A DNA stretch of 64,000 nucleotides from Cyanophora paradoxa CCMP329. Taxonomy: Eukaryota; Plantae; Glaucophyta. The translations under genes and the position numbers were made by a program. Of this stretch, positions 32,854 to 45,557 are shown piece after piece. How positions within the stretch are numbered: position 1 is the stretch's first letter; each line of letters begins with the position of its first letter. The notes below the pieces were generated by a model. The model was given only the letters and a program-made list of their open reading frames with translations, made no database searches and had not been told where the DNA came from. The DNA is taken from contig QPMI01000275.1 in NCBI GenBank assembly GCA_004431415.1, positions 1 through 64,000 of the forward strand, written 5' to 3'.

Positions 32854-33396
32854 CGCTGTCGCTGGCGCGGCGGTGCGCGGCGGAACGCCGTGCGGTGCTG
32901 CTGCTAGAGGCTGAGGTTTCGCGCGCCCGAGCGGCGGCGGAGGCGGCTGGCTGCTGCGCGTCGGGCTGGGCGCTACGGCTAAGGCGACAGCGAGGCTAGC
33001 GGTGCAACCTATGGTGAAGGCAGCTCTCTTCGCGAATGACGCCGATCGGCGCGCCGAAGCACCCGAGGCATCCCGCTCCTTGCTGCTGGCCCTGGCTGAG
33101 AGAGGAGGCAAAGGGGCAAAGCTGGGGCAACCTCCACTCGCGAACCGGCGGACGGGGGGAGGAAGGAGGGGGGGAGGAGGCCGAGGGCGAACGAAGGCGG
33201 GGGGAGAAGCCCGACTGGGTGCCTCGGAAGGCCAACAGCAAGGAAAGCACCCTGGAAGGCCAACAGCATGGCTCCCTTCGGCGAGGGACCACCCAGCTGC
33301 AGCATACTGTAGCAGCATTCGCGCCTTAACGCTCGCTCAATCCTCACCGAGCGCGCCGCCCCTAGAGCCTGCTGTCGCCCGCCCTGAGCGACGTCA
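32854..33396. promoter_or_regulatory. Putative bidirectional promoter shared by nitrate reductase and NRT2
   Basis: 543 bp lie between the divergent ATGs. The region contains an exact 15-bp direct repeat GGAAGGCCAACAGCA (33226-33240 and 33254-33268). Confidence 0.6.
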
Positions 33397-35701
33397 ATGG
33401 CGCCAAACGCAGTAGCGCTCCCCACAATTGTCACAGTAGACAGCTTGGAGCCGCAGCTGAAGCCGAAAGGGACGATGGCGCCCGAAGTCGACGCCGGCCT
33501 GTACTCCGGCGGCCTTCCAGCACCAGCCGCAGCTGCCGAGCCGAAGAAGTATAAGCTCCCGACCAATGCCGATGGCAAGGCCACCACGTACAACCTCCTC
33601 TCCTTCGCCCAGCCACACAGTGAGCCCACGGCCGCGCTGCCCGTACGCGTCGGCGCCGCGATGCCGACGCTGACCGGGCCGCCCGCAGTGCGCGCGCTGT
33701 GGTGGGAGACGATCGCTTTCTTCGTGTGCTTCAACGCGTGGTTTGCCATCCCTGCGGTCAGCCCCTCGCCCCGGCCCGCACCTGCCGGCGCCCGCGCCGC
33801 GGCCGCTGACGGGCGGCGCCGCAGATGGCGACGACGATCCGCAAGGACATGGGCTTCACGCCGGCGCAGATGGCCGACGCCAACTCGATCGGCGTCGCCG
33901 GGACCATCCTGTCCCGCATCGTGATGGGCGTCGTCTGCGACAAGGCGAGCCGCCGCCCGCCCCGCCCCGCCCCGCCCCGCCCCGCCTCGGCGGGCCTGAC
34001 CGGCGCTGCAGTTCGGGCCGCGCTACGGGCAGGGCTTCGTTCTCTTCTTCGGCGGCATTCCCGTCGCGCTCGCCGGCCTCGCCACGTCGTACAGCGGCTA
34101 CGTCGCCGTCCGCTGGTTCATCTCCTTCGTGCGCCCCCCGCGCCCGCCGCCCGCCGCCCTCCGAGGCTCACGCTTGCTGCCCGCAGATCGGCGCCGCCTT
34201 CGTGCCGACGCAGTACCACAGTGCGCCGGGCGCCGCGCCGCGCTGCCGGCGGCCGCAGCCGCGGGGCGCTGACGCGGCGGCGCGCAGTGTCATTCATGTT
34301 CGCGAAGAACGTGGTGGGCGAGGTGAACGCGCTCTCGGCCGGCTGGGGCAACATGGGCGGCGGCACCACGCACCTCCTCATGCCCGTCATCATGAACTCA
34401 TTCTCCAACTACGGCTACACCCCGCACATGTGCGCCGCGCCCCGGCCGCACCGCGCTCGGCCCGGCCGACGCTCCGTGCGGCGCAGGCAGTGGCGCCTGA
34501 CGATGATCATCCCCGGCGTGGTGGCGATCGTGACGGGCATCTGCGTGATCCTGTTCACGCGCGACCTGCCGGAGGGGAACTACCGCGAACTGCAGAAGAA
34601 GGGCCTTAAGCAGAAGGTCGACACGAAGGCGGCGGTCAAGATCGCGCTGTCGGACTACCGCACCTACATCTTCGCCCTCAACTACGCCGTCTGCTTCGGC
34701 ATCGAACTCACCATCGACAGGTCAGGCGCCCGCGCCTCGCCCCGCCCGCCCTCCCGCCGCGCGGCGCTGACGCCGGCGGGCGCGCAGCACGTTTCCCGAG
34801 TTCTACGCGGACCACTTCAAGTTCGACAAGGTGCAGGCGGGGGCGGCGGCGTCGGCGTTCGGCCTCATGAACATCTTCTCGCGCTGGTCCGGCGGCAAGC
34901 TCTCCGACATCTGCGCCAAGCGCTGGGGCATGCGCGGCCGCCTCTGGCTCATGTGGCTTGGCATCGTCTTGGAGGGCGTCTTCCTCGTCATCTTCGCCCG
35001 GATGGAGAACGTCGTCGCCTCGTTCTTCTTCATGCTCATCTTCTCGTACTGGTGCCAGGTGCGGACCGCCCCCGCCCCCGCCCCTGCGCGGCGCTGTGGT
35101 CGCGGCGCGCCGACGCGCGGGGCGGCAGATGTCGTGCGGGACGACGTTCGGCTGCGTGCCGTACCTCAACCCCAAGGGCCTGGGCGCGGCGTCGGGCCTG
35201 ATCGGGGCGGGGGGCAACGCCGGGGCCATCTTGACGCTGCAGCTCTTCAAGCCGCTGAGCTACATGGACGCGTACACGGTCCTCGGCTGCTTCGTCTTCA
35301 TCGTCCCCTTCTCGCTCGCCTTCGTCAGCTACCCCGAGCTCGGCGGCGCCTCGATGTGGAACTCGGGCGGCTTCGTCCGCGGCCGCCCCGAGGTGCCCCA
35401 CGCGCCCATCGACGCGTCGAGCGTCGCCGGGTCCTCGGTGCACATGAACGGCGAGTGGAGCATAGCCAAGGGCGACGTGTGGAGCACGCACTCGGGCGCC
35501 GCGTTTATGTCCTCGCCCGACGGCGTGGCCCTCAACCACCGCGCCGGGTTCCCCGCCGCCGGCGATTCGGTCCGCAAGGGAACCGTGTACCCCGCGGCGG
35601 CCGACGCGCCGGCCCACGGACAGCCGCCGGCCGCGCCCGTTGCGATGTCGGCGCCGGTCGCCGCCGCGCCCGCCGCGATGGCGGCGCCTTCGCTCCAATA
35701 G
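33397..35701 (+). CDS. NRT2: High-affinity nitrate/nitrite transporter (MFS, NNP family), copy A
   Basis: YKLPTNADGKATTYNLLSFAQPHMRA; GVVCDKFGPRYG; nitrate signature AGWGNMGGG; YAVCFGIELTID; FGLMNIFSRWSGGKLSD; WGMRGRLW; GLIGAGGNAGA. Confidence 0.97.
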
Positions 35702-36361
35702 GCCCTCGCTCCGGCTTCGGGGCCCGCCTTGTGTTAATTTTAAGCTTCCTTCGGGCTTGTATCATAATGTAGAGTACGTTTCTCGCTCCTCGCTTTGAAT
35801 TTCCTTGTGTCACAGATCAGCCATGTATTATCAGTTATCATAGATAGCTATAGTTTCAGTTTGCAATTCTCATTTAATGCTCTCTTTTCGGAATTCAGTC
35901 CTACGCCGCTCCGAGTCGGCGCCCTCCAATCCTCTGGGCTCTGCACATGCAGCTGCAAGTCCCGGGAGCCATCTGTGCCTGAGCGCATTTCTGCACTCGC
36001 CTCTTTCAACATTAATGTATAAATATCTGGATAGCTAGCTATCGATGCAGGAGTCAGCCTGACAGGGAGTTGCCTGTACCTTAGCTCGATGTTCGTAGTT
36101 ATGTAAGTCGGCCGGGCATTAGGGGCAGTCATCTCGCTTTTTCAGTGTCAGATTCGAATTCGAAGTACGTGTCCGGTCCCCATGAATGCATTATACCTCT
36201 TTGGCTCTGGGATTTCTCGGTCTTATGATCGCGATCAGCCCGCGGCGCCGGGGCGCTGCGGCAAGCTGGCAGGGCGCGCATATATACGCAGAACTAGTTC
36301 TAGCTTCGAATCGTGCACGTGAGGCTCGAGCTTTGAGGCTCGCCCCGGGATCCGCGGCTCC

Positions 36362-39300
36362 TCAGGACGGGGCCTCCAGAGGGGTCGCGGCCCCCGCGGG
36401 GGGCGGGTAGGACGGGTTGCCCTCCCAGGAGCCCTCCCCGTCCTCGCCGCCGCCGGCCCCGGAGGGGTACGACGGGTTCGGCTCCCACTCCGGCGCCCCC
36501 GCCGGCCCATCGCGATCGCCGGCCTCGGACGGGGCGGGTGGCCCCTCCCGCGCCGCCGCCCCCGCCGCCTCCCCCGCCTCGCGATCGGCCGCCGCGGGGC
36601 GGCGGGCGCGGGCGGCGAGGGCGTTGGGGGCCCAGTGCTCCTCGTCCGCCCCGTCGCCGCCGGCCGCCGCGTCCAGGTCCTCCCGCTGCGCCGCCCCCGC
36701 TCGCGCCCGCCCCGCGCCCCGCCCCGGCCCCGCGCGCGCCCCCGGCCCGCGCACCAGCAGGCTCTCGTACTCGCGCCGCGCCCGCCGCGCCCGCCGCCGC
36801 CGCGCCGCCGCCACACACGCCACCGCCGCCACCGCCGCCGCCGCGCCCAGCACGCCGCCCGCCGCCGCCCCGCCGCCGCCGCCGCCGCCCCGTGCCGCCG
36901 ACTCCGACACGCGCACGTCCGCTGCAGGGGCCGCTCGCGAAACACACGAAGCGAAACGAGCGCGCGCGGACCGTGCAGGGGCGGAGGGTCGCTGGCACCG
37001 CAGTCGGTGGAATTCGCGCCGGCGCCGCCCGCGCACGGGCCGCTCGCGTTCCGCGCCTCCGTCCCGTTCGCCGCGCCAGGCGACGGCGAGGGCCCCGCGG
37101 CCAGGGACGGCTCCGAGGACGGGGATGGTGACGGGGAAGGGGGCGGGGACGGGGAAGGGGTCTCGGCCGGGGGCGGGGACGGGGACGGGGACGGGGACGG
37201 GGTTGGGCTGGGCCCCGGGGCGGGCGGCGCGACGAGGGCGAGCGTGAGGGGCTCCGCGAGGGTCACGGCCGCCGCGAACCACCCGACGCGCCAGCCCGGC
37301 GCCAGCGCCCGCGCCGCCCGCCGCGCCGCCCCCGCCGCGTCCGGCTCGAAGCGGGTCCCGCCGGGCACGCACACCCACGCCCCGCTGCTCGCGTTCCACC
37401 GCGCCACGCACGCCCCCGCCGCCTGCCGCCCACTCAGCGCCCGCGGCGCGGCGCGAGGGGCGGGGGCGTGGACGGGGGCGGCACACGTCGGGCGGGGCGG
37501 CGGCGCGGAGGGCGACTTCGACGGGCCCGAGGGCCGGCGCGAGCAGCGCGCCCGTGAGGCCGCGCGGCGCGCCCTCCGCCGCCGCCAGCGCCAGCGCCAC
37601 CGCCGCCGAGAGCCGCCCCGCCCCGCCTCCCGCCCCGGGCCCACCCGCAGCGCCCCGAACGGCGCCTCGTCCCCGGCCCCCATCGCCTCCGCCCCCGCCG
37701 CCTCCGCCTCTGCCGCCTCCGCCGCCTCTGCCGCCTCTGCCGCCGCAGCGCCGCCGAAGAGAGCGACGCGTGCGAGGGGCTCGCCGGAGGCGTCGGCCGC
37801 CGCCGCCTGCGCCGTCGCCCCGCGCCCGAACACGAGCGGCAGCTCCGCCGCCCGCACCGCCCGCAGCCACGGCGGCTGCGGCCGGCGTCAGCGGGGCGGG
37901 CCGCGCGGGGCCGGCGGCGGGGCGCGCACGCGGGGGCACGGGCGCCCGTCGGCCGCCTCGGAGCCGTCGAAGCAGAGGCGGCGGGCGGCGCAGGCGGCGG
38001 GGTCGGGGGCGCAGGACCAGTCGGGGCAGAGGAGGGCCGGCGCGCTGCACGGCGGCCCGTCCACGAAGACGCTGGGGCCGCGCGGCAGCCACGGCGCCCG
38101 CAGCGGCGCGCCCCGAGCCGCAGCTCCAGCGCGTACTGCCCCGCGGCGCCCGCACGAGCAGCTGCGTGCAGCCGCCGGCCGCCTCCGCCTCCGCCGGCAC
38201 CGCCAGCGTCGCGCCGCCGGAGGCGTTGACGAGCGCGGCGGCGAGCGGCGGGGCGAGCGGCGGGGCGACGGCGTTGCCGAACGCGTCGGCCGCGCAGAAG
38301 CGGAGCGTCCTGCGGGGCCGCTGAGGGGCGCGGGGCGCGCGGGGCCGGCGGCGGGGCTTACGCGTTGGCGTCGGGGCCGGCGAGGAGGATGGGCAGCGCG
38401 GCCGGCCCGCCCCCCTCCAGCCGCGACCGCAGCGCGTCCACGGGGCCTGCCGCCCCCTCAGGCGGGCCGCCAGTGCGCTCGGGAGGGGCGGCGGGCCGTA
38501 CCGGGGAGGACAGTAATCGAGAAAACTCCGAGGGGCGCTCCGGCGGCGCCGCCGACGGTCGCGTTGCAGGCGCCCGCCGCCGTCGCGTTGAGCGACAGCT
38601 GCGGGGGGCCGGTGTCAGGAGGGGTGGCCTCCTGGACGAACGGAGGGAAACGCGTACCCGGAAGAGGGGTAAGGACAGACGAGGCGAGTCCACAACGAAG
38701 ATCCGCGTGAGGTTGATGAGGGACCGCTCGGGCGGGTGGCAGGAGACGTCCGCGTGCAGAGCCGGCGCCGCGTCGGCCGGGGGGAGCATTCCCTCGGGGG
38801 GTACAAGGGCGACCCAGAGCGCCTGGTCGGGGGCGCCGGCGGGGAAGGAGCAGTTGGGGGCCGCCGCGGGGAGGGCCCGCGGCGCGGGGCCGCCGCACGC
38901 GACCAGCAACAAGCGCGCGCCCTCCCAGCCGGGGGCGGGGTCGGGGAGGGGCCGGGGTGGGGGACGGGGACGGGGGCGTGGAGGGCGCCGGGGAGGGGAG
39001 GGGGAGGGGCTGGCGGAGGGGAGGGGGACGGGGAGGGGAGGGGGTAGGGGCCACGGAGAACCGGAGGGGGCCCGGGGGCAGCTCGGCGCCGCCGTAGCTC
39101 AGCCGCAGCGCGAAGCCGCCCGCCGGCATCGCCGCCGCGACCCGCCGCGGGCGTCAGGGCGGCTGAGGGCGGGGTGCGGGGCGGGCGGGGGTACCTCGTA
39201 GAGGCCGGAAGGGAGGAGGCGCGGGGGGCCGGCGAGGGGCGGGGCGGGGCCGCCGCCGTCGGCCTCGAGGGCGGCGGCGAGGGCGGAGGGGTCGGGCGCC

Positions 39301-42300
39301 GCGGGGCCGCCCGCCGCGTCCCGCCAAACCACACCGAACGCGATGCGCTGCAGAGCGAACGGCGTCAGAATGAAGAAATTGAGCCCGTTACGGCATCAAG
39401 TGCTAGTTTCACTTTGAACTACATCTTACGCGTAGAAGCCGACGCACCGCGGGGCCAGGGACGAACGACGCGGCCGCGAGGAAGGCGCCGGAGGCTTCCG
39501 CGCTGGGTCCCGCTGCGGCCGAGGGGGCGTGAGCGAGGGCCGGGGGGGAAGGCCGGAGGCCCCCGGGGGGGTACCGTGCGCGACGGCGAAGGTGGCCGAG
39601 GAGTTGGCGCTGATCGCCTCGTAAAGGCCCGGCGCGAGGGCGCCGAGGTGGGCCGAGTAGGCCCCGCGGGCCCCCGAGGGCGAGAGCGCCGCCCGCTGAG
39701 GGGCGGAGGGCGCCCCCGGCGCGCAGCTTTCGACGCAGCGGTACGTGAGGAACGGGGTTGCCCCGTCGACGGCGGGTACTGGAAAGCTCCAGGTCCAGCC
39801 GCTCCCCTTCAGAGCAAAGTGAGGGGAAGCGAAAAGGATGAAAATGGGGCGGCGAGCGGTGCAGCGCACCCGGTAGAGAAGGGAGCGGGCGACGGTGAGG
39901 GTGACGGGCGCGCCGGCGGCGACGGGGCCGGGCGGGCCGCGGACGACGTCGGTGGGGGGCTGGAAGTTCGGGGGGTACGGGAACCGCATCTGCTCGAAGT
40001 AGTGTCCTGCGGCGGGCTGAGAGAGAAGGCGGGGTAGCGTGATTGGAAGCGGGAGGCAGAGGGGACCTGCGGTTAGGACGGAGAAGTGGGTCGCGTCGAC
40101 GGCGAAGGTGGTCCCCGCGCGGCTCGCGTCGGGCGTGCCGCGGACGGCGGCGGTGAGGCCGACGTACATCGCCCCGTCCGCCGGCGCTGCGGCCCGTCAG
40201 GCGCGGCGGGGCGGGGCGGGCGGGCGGGCGGGCGGGCGGGGCGGACAGCCGAGGGCGGCCTCCAGGTCGATTGGGGCGGCGAGGAGGCGCCGCCCGTTGA
40301 AGTCCACCGTCAGCACGCCCCCCACCGCGTGGTACGTCACCACCACCTGCGCCCACGCGCCCGTCAGCCGCCAAGAATGAAACCCGAGCGAGGGCCGCGG
40401 GGTGGCTAACGGGCCTGGTTGCCGGCGAGCTGGTAGCGGCACGGGCTCCGGGCCTCGCTGTAGGTGCTCCACAGAAAGTCGCCCATCGCCGAGCGCGTCA
40501 CGTCGTACCGTCCCGCCTGCGCGCGGGGCGCTCGAGGCTAGGCGGGCGGGTCGGGCAGAGGCAGGAGCAAAGCGGCGCGCACCGCCGACACGAAAGGGGC
40601 GACGAGGGCGCCGTCGGCGACGCCGGCGTCGGGCCCCGGGTAGTCCCCCGCCGGCGTGTCCGGAAGGGCCGGCGCCCCCGAGGCGGCGGCCCGCAGCGGG
40701 AAGCCGGGGTACGGCGCGGGCTCCCACGAGGCGCGGGCGAGGGCGGGGCCCTCGGCGGGGTCCCCGTTAAGGTGCACGCTCGCGTGGTTGGCGTCGGGGT
40801 CGCCGGCCGCCGCGTCCCGCCCGCAGTCGAGCTCGACGGCCACGCTCCGCGGCACGCCGCCGTAGCCGACGCCGGCGCCGCCGGCCCCGAGCTGCGCCGC
40901 CGCCGCGTTGCCGTGCAGCACGAGGGCGACCCCCGCGCAGAGGTCCGCCGGCATCGGTGCGATCCGCCGCGTCCCGCTCGTCGGCTGCCGCGCGCTCGGC
41001 CGCGGCTACGCGGGGCGGGGCGGGGCGGGGCGGGCGGGCGCACCGAGGAGACCGTCTCGGCGATCATTGTGTAGTTGAAGACGACCTGTGCGCGCGCCGT
41101 CAGGCCGCCGGCGAGGCCCCGGCGGCCCGGGGCGGGCGGGCGGGCGGGCCTGGAAGCCGCGGCGGAAGGGGACGCGCTGCGCGAAGAACATCGACCCGGC
41201 CGCCCCCGCCGCCGTCCCCGCCGTCCGGACAACCGCCACTCGAGCGAGCCCGGGATCCGACCCGGAGCCGTACACGTCCAAGGCGCCTGAGGCGAGATTT
41301 CGTCCGAATTCGATCGCTTTTCGAACTGAGATTTGATCGCCGCGCACCGGTCTGACTCGCGATGGGCCCCGAAAAGGCGCCGGGGGTAGAGGAGAAAACG
41401 AGATCCTGGAGCTACCCAACGAGTTACAGGGGTACATGTCCAGGCCTCCGGGGGGGTTCATGCTCACGGCGGGGGCCAGGGAGGTGTTGGAGAAGGGGCG
41501 GAAGCAGCCCGTGGAGTAGCGGACGTTGGCGAGGGGGGGTACCGCGTGCGGCACGCACCAGAGGCGGCTGTGTAGCGTGCGCCGGCAGCCGCCGCGCTGG
41601 CCCGGGTTCCAGCCGCCCCGCAGGGGCACGGCCTCCTCGCTGCAGGCCGTGTCGAGCGCCGCCGTCGCCCGCACCCGCACCGTCTGCGCCCGGCGCACTT
41701 AGGGGCGCGGGGCGCGGGTCGCGGGGGGCGGGGGGCGGACGGCGTTGGGGCGAAGGGCCCGCCGGCGACGAGGAGGGCCTCGGCGGGGCGGCCCCCGCGG
41801 CCCACAGCGGCGGCGCGCCGGCGAGCGCCGCGCCCCGCAGGCCGAGCGTCACGCGGAAGGCCGCCCCGCCGGCGCCGCGTCCAGCAGCAGCGGCCCGCCC
41901 CCCGCCGCCCGCCCCGCCTGCCGCCGCTGTCAGGGCGGCGCCCCGGGGCGGGGCGGGGCGGGCGGGGGCGGCGGACGGGGCCGGCGAGGGCGACGGCGAT
42001 GCCGCGCGGGTCGCTGGCGACGCGGACGGCGACGCCGGCGCCGGGCGCGCCGCGCGTGGCCGCCACTGCCGCCAGCAGCGCCCCCGCCTCGCCCGCCCCT
42101 CCAGCGGCCCCGCCGCCGACCCGAAGCCCCACGGCGGCGGCCCCGCCCCGGGCCCCGCCGCCATCACCACCGGCCACACGCCCCGCGCCCGCAACCCCTC
42201 CGCCCCCGCCCCCCTGCGCCCCGGCCCCCTCAGCCCCGCCCCGCCGCGCCCCGCCGCGCCCCGCGCCGCGCACACGCCGCCGCGCCGGCCTGCCGCGGGG

Positions 42301-43132
42301 TCAGTGCGGCCAGGCGCCGCACGGGCGGGCGCCGGCGGGCCGCACCGTGCCGGGGAAGCCGTCGAATCGGATGACGAGGAGGCGGCGGGCCCCCGCCCGC
42401 CACGGCGCGCGCGCCGCCTCGCTGCGCGGCGTCAGCGGCGGCCGGCAGACTGCTCCGCGCCGGGCGCCGGGCGGCACCTGAGGACGTCTGCGGGGTCGGC
42501 GCTGCACGGGGCCGCCGCCGGCGCAACGGCGGCGGCCGCCTGCGCCACCTCCGCCGCCCCGCCGAAGGGCCGCAGGCCGAACACCGTCTCCAGCGCCTCT
42601 CCGCTCTGCCGTCGCCGTCGGCGCCGCGCGCGGGGCGGGCGTGCGGGCGGCGGGCGCACGCAGGCGGCGAGGCCGAAGCGCAGGTCGCCGTGGGCGGCGG
42701 CGAGGGCGCTCCAGTCGGCCGCGAGGCGCCCCGCCAGCGCCCCGCCGCCCGCCCAGTCGCCCGCGTTCGACCGGTCGCTCACGAAGTGCACATCGAGCGG
42801 CACCTGCGCGCCCCGCCCGCCCCGCCGCGTTAGCTGCGGCCTCGCCGCTGGCCGCCGGCCGCGGGGCGCGCACGGTGGGGTCGAGGGGGAGGAATCGGAA
42901 CTCGACGTCGAGGTCCGCCCCGAGCGCCACCGCCAGCTCCGCCTGCAGCGAGCCCGGGCTCACCTCTCCCGCGTCCGGCCCCACCACCGTGACCGAGCTC
43001 GCCGGCGGGCACGCTGCGGCCCCTTCGAGTCAGCCATCGAGGCCGCCCAAACCTGGGCAGCACCAAAGGCTCACCGCTCCGTGCAGGGCTGAGCAGCGCG
43101 AGGAGCGCGAGGAGCAGGCGGAGGCGCCCCAT
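36362..43132 (-). CDS. Single-pass type I receptor, copy B (inverted paralogue of 7926-14686)
   Basis: Same exon order and motifs as copy A: MGRLRLLLALLALLSPARS, VPLDVHFVSDRS, WRAGARRLLVIRFDG, GVGYGGVPRSVAVELDC, (SP)n, TM, RREYESLL, WEPNPSY, WEGNPSY. Confidence 0.8.
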
Positions 43133-43501
43133 GATAGCGGGGCGTGCGGGGCGCAACATCGCAACACAGGTACGCGGCGCATGCGGGGGCCTCGCTGGCG
43201 GGGCCGGGATGCGCTCATTTCGAGGACAAAAAAGCGGTTCGCGCCGAACTTCGCGGCTGGCGGGGGGTACGGGTTGCCGGAACTGTGCCGAGCGGAGCCG
43301 AACCAGAGACCGACGATCCATCGACCCCAAGGACAACAAGCGTCCCGGCCGAGCCGATGGATCGGGCGACCGATGAGGTGCGCCTTGCGGGCCCTTGCAG
43401 CGTATGCGATGTTTTGCCGCTGCCATACGCGCCGCGGGCGCCTGGGATCGCCGGCCGGCCGCGGGCGCGGATCGCGCTAGGGGAGCTAGCCCGCGGAGTC
43501 G

Positions 43502-44390
43502 ATGTTACCGGGTGTAGATCATCCATGGCTAACGGTTTTCGATGAAATCGCCGCCCGCACTGCCTCCGTGCCTGCGCCCGTGCGCTGATTCTCTCGCCGC
43601 GCTTACCAGGGACCCTGGCGCGAGAACACGAAGCTCAGGAAAGCAACGGCGCAGCTTGCAAAGCTCAATGTAGAGAACAATGTGCGCGGGCATACGCGTG
43701 CCGGGTTGAAGCGCCGCGCTAGATCGAGAGCGCCGCCGCCCGACCACAGAGGCATTGCAACTGACCTGAAGCTTGCCCGCCGCGCGCGCAGGACCTGCGG
43801 GAAGAGCTGGAGGTGGCCTTGTCGAAGCTGCGGCGCGCGAGGAGGCGGATCGCGCAGCTGGAGCGGAGCCTGCAGAGCAACGGGGCGGGCTCGCCCCCGC
43901 GCCCCGCCTCGAGCGAGCCCCGGGCGCTCTCCCTCGCCGGCTCGCGGCCCGTGGCCGCGCCCGATCCGTTCGACGAGGACGGCCGCTTCACGCTCCCGGG
44001 CTCGGGGCGGTACCATCGCTCCCGCTGCTGCCACCTGCGGGGGCGGCCGGAGGACCCGGATCGCTCGCCCTTCCGCCCCGACGAGATCCGCCGCTTCCCC
44101 TCCGAGCCGTTCGTCGAGAAGGCCGGGTACAGCCCCTGCCTCATCTGCCACGCGTACCGGTGCGCCCTCTTTCGGAGGAGGAGAAGAATTTGATCCGAGT
44201 CCGAACTCGAATTTGATCGCGGGGGCGCGCTCGCGCTCGCAGGCCGCGGGTGACCCCGGGCGGCCTATTCGTGTACTACTCCTGGGCGGACCCGTCGGCC
44301 CCGCAGGGGTACGGGAAGGAGGACGGGGACGTGTACGCCGCCCCGCGGAGCCTCCTGCACCCCGCCCCCGCCGCCATGCCCCTCTTCTAA
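43502..44390 (+). CDS. Small coiled-coil protein with a C-terminal His/Cys metal-binding motif (Ada-like YH..C...GY.PC..C); 3' exons uncertain
   Basis: MLPGVDHPWLTVFDEIAARTAS|GPWRENTKLRKATAQLAKLNVENN|DLREELEVALSKLRRARRRIAQLERSLQ...GSGRYHRSRCCHL...EKAGYSPCLICH. Head-to-head with receptor copy B. Confidence 0.55.
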
Positions 44391-45557
44391 ACCCCGGGGG
44401 GCCGCTTCTTCTACATGTAACCCATAGCTGTAGACCCACACCTCAGACTGCGCCCCCGCGGCCGGGCGCGGTAGCTGCCGGCGGTCCTCTTTTTCGGCCG
44501 CCGCGCGCGAGACACTGAGATTATAAGTAGAGCCGTGTGTGCAGCTGTAACCTTGCATGATATCACGATCATTGATATCCGATGATCATAGTATCGATTA
44601 TAATTAGCCTAGGTATCACTTATATTTCACGGCACTTGTTTATAGGGTACTTTTTTCTGCATTCAAACGTATACTGTGTGCGCATGCAGCTCGAGTTTTG
44701 TGCATTCTAATTCTGCAGTGCGTTCAATTTTTGGGAGGCTATTTTCCTAGATATCGATCGGAGCTTTACTTCTCAGGCGCCGATCACTTATAAGTTGTGT
44801 AGTCTGATTTGCTTTTCAAAGTTTAACTTGTGTAGTCTGATTTGCGCATGCCTTCATGATCAGCTGCAGATGACATAATATTGTTTCAAATTGCTAGATA
44901 TATATATATATATATACCCAACGTCGACGCGTATGTGCGCTCCTGCGTAGAATTGCGAGTTTTTCATTCTTAAGCTTCTTCAAGGCTTCGGTAGCCGCCG
45001 GCCGCCGGGCCTCGTCGATATCATCTTAACCTTTAGGGGCGCGCGTTTGCTGGCTCTTTATTCATCTCAGGGTGTTTATTGTGAGCTGTTATAACTTGGC
45101 AAGGGTATATATCTATTCTAGATCTATTTTCTGGTTAACGTTTGTGTATTAAGCCGTTGCCCCCGGCCCCGGCCACCTGCAGCTGCAGAGCCGACGTTTT
45201 TGCTTAGGCTTTCAAGTTTCAGATGGAGCTAGTATCTGTACGCACGTGCGTGCACGTGCAGATTCAGATAGAGTACTACGGTAAACCTTAGGTCTTCTCG
45301 TGCGGAGCCGCCTCAATGTCAATGAATGAAATCACTTCATTGGCGCTTGCAATTGAGTCGCGGGAGGGGCGCCCGATGACCGTCGGACAGGAGGGGCGAG
45401 GGACAAGCGAGGGGAATTCGAAGGGCCAAATTTAAACAAGCTAGCGGAGGGAAGGGCCAAATTTTTAAACAAGGGGACGGGCCAATTTTCCGGAGGGAAG
45501 GGGTATCGGAAATGTTGGCGAGGGGTACCGCGGGGGAGGCCGGGGCTCGCCCCGCGG

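Noticed and set aside
32854-33318. Long in-frame N-terminal extension of nitrate reductase
   Set aside because: The open frame crosses the presumed shared promoter almost to the NRT2 start and has no NR-like sequence. ATG 32853 lies just before the conserved DxRDxGTPDxW motif. TSS data would settle it.
7926-43132. Calling the receptor copies pseudogenes because of frameshifts
   Set aside because: The shifts fall in G/C homopolymer runs and differ between copies while the motifs stay conserved, so they are more likely sequencing errors. Not provable without reads.
44790-45495. Short direct repeats (TTGTGTAGTCTGATTTGC x2; GGGCCAAATTT x3) and a (TA)n run
   Set aside because: Ordinary local slippage duplications in an AT-richer region between convergent genes, with no further structure.
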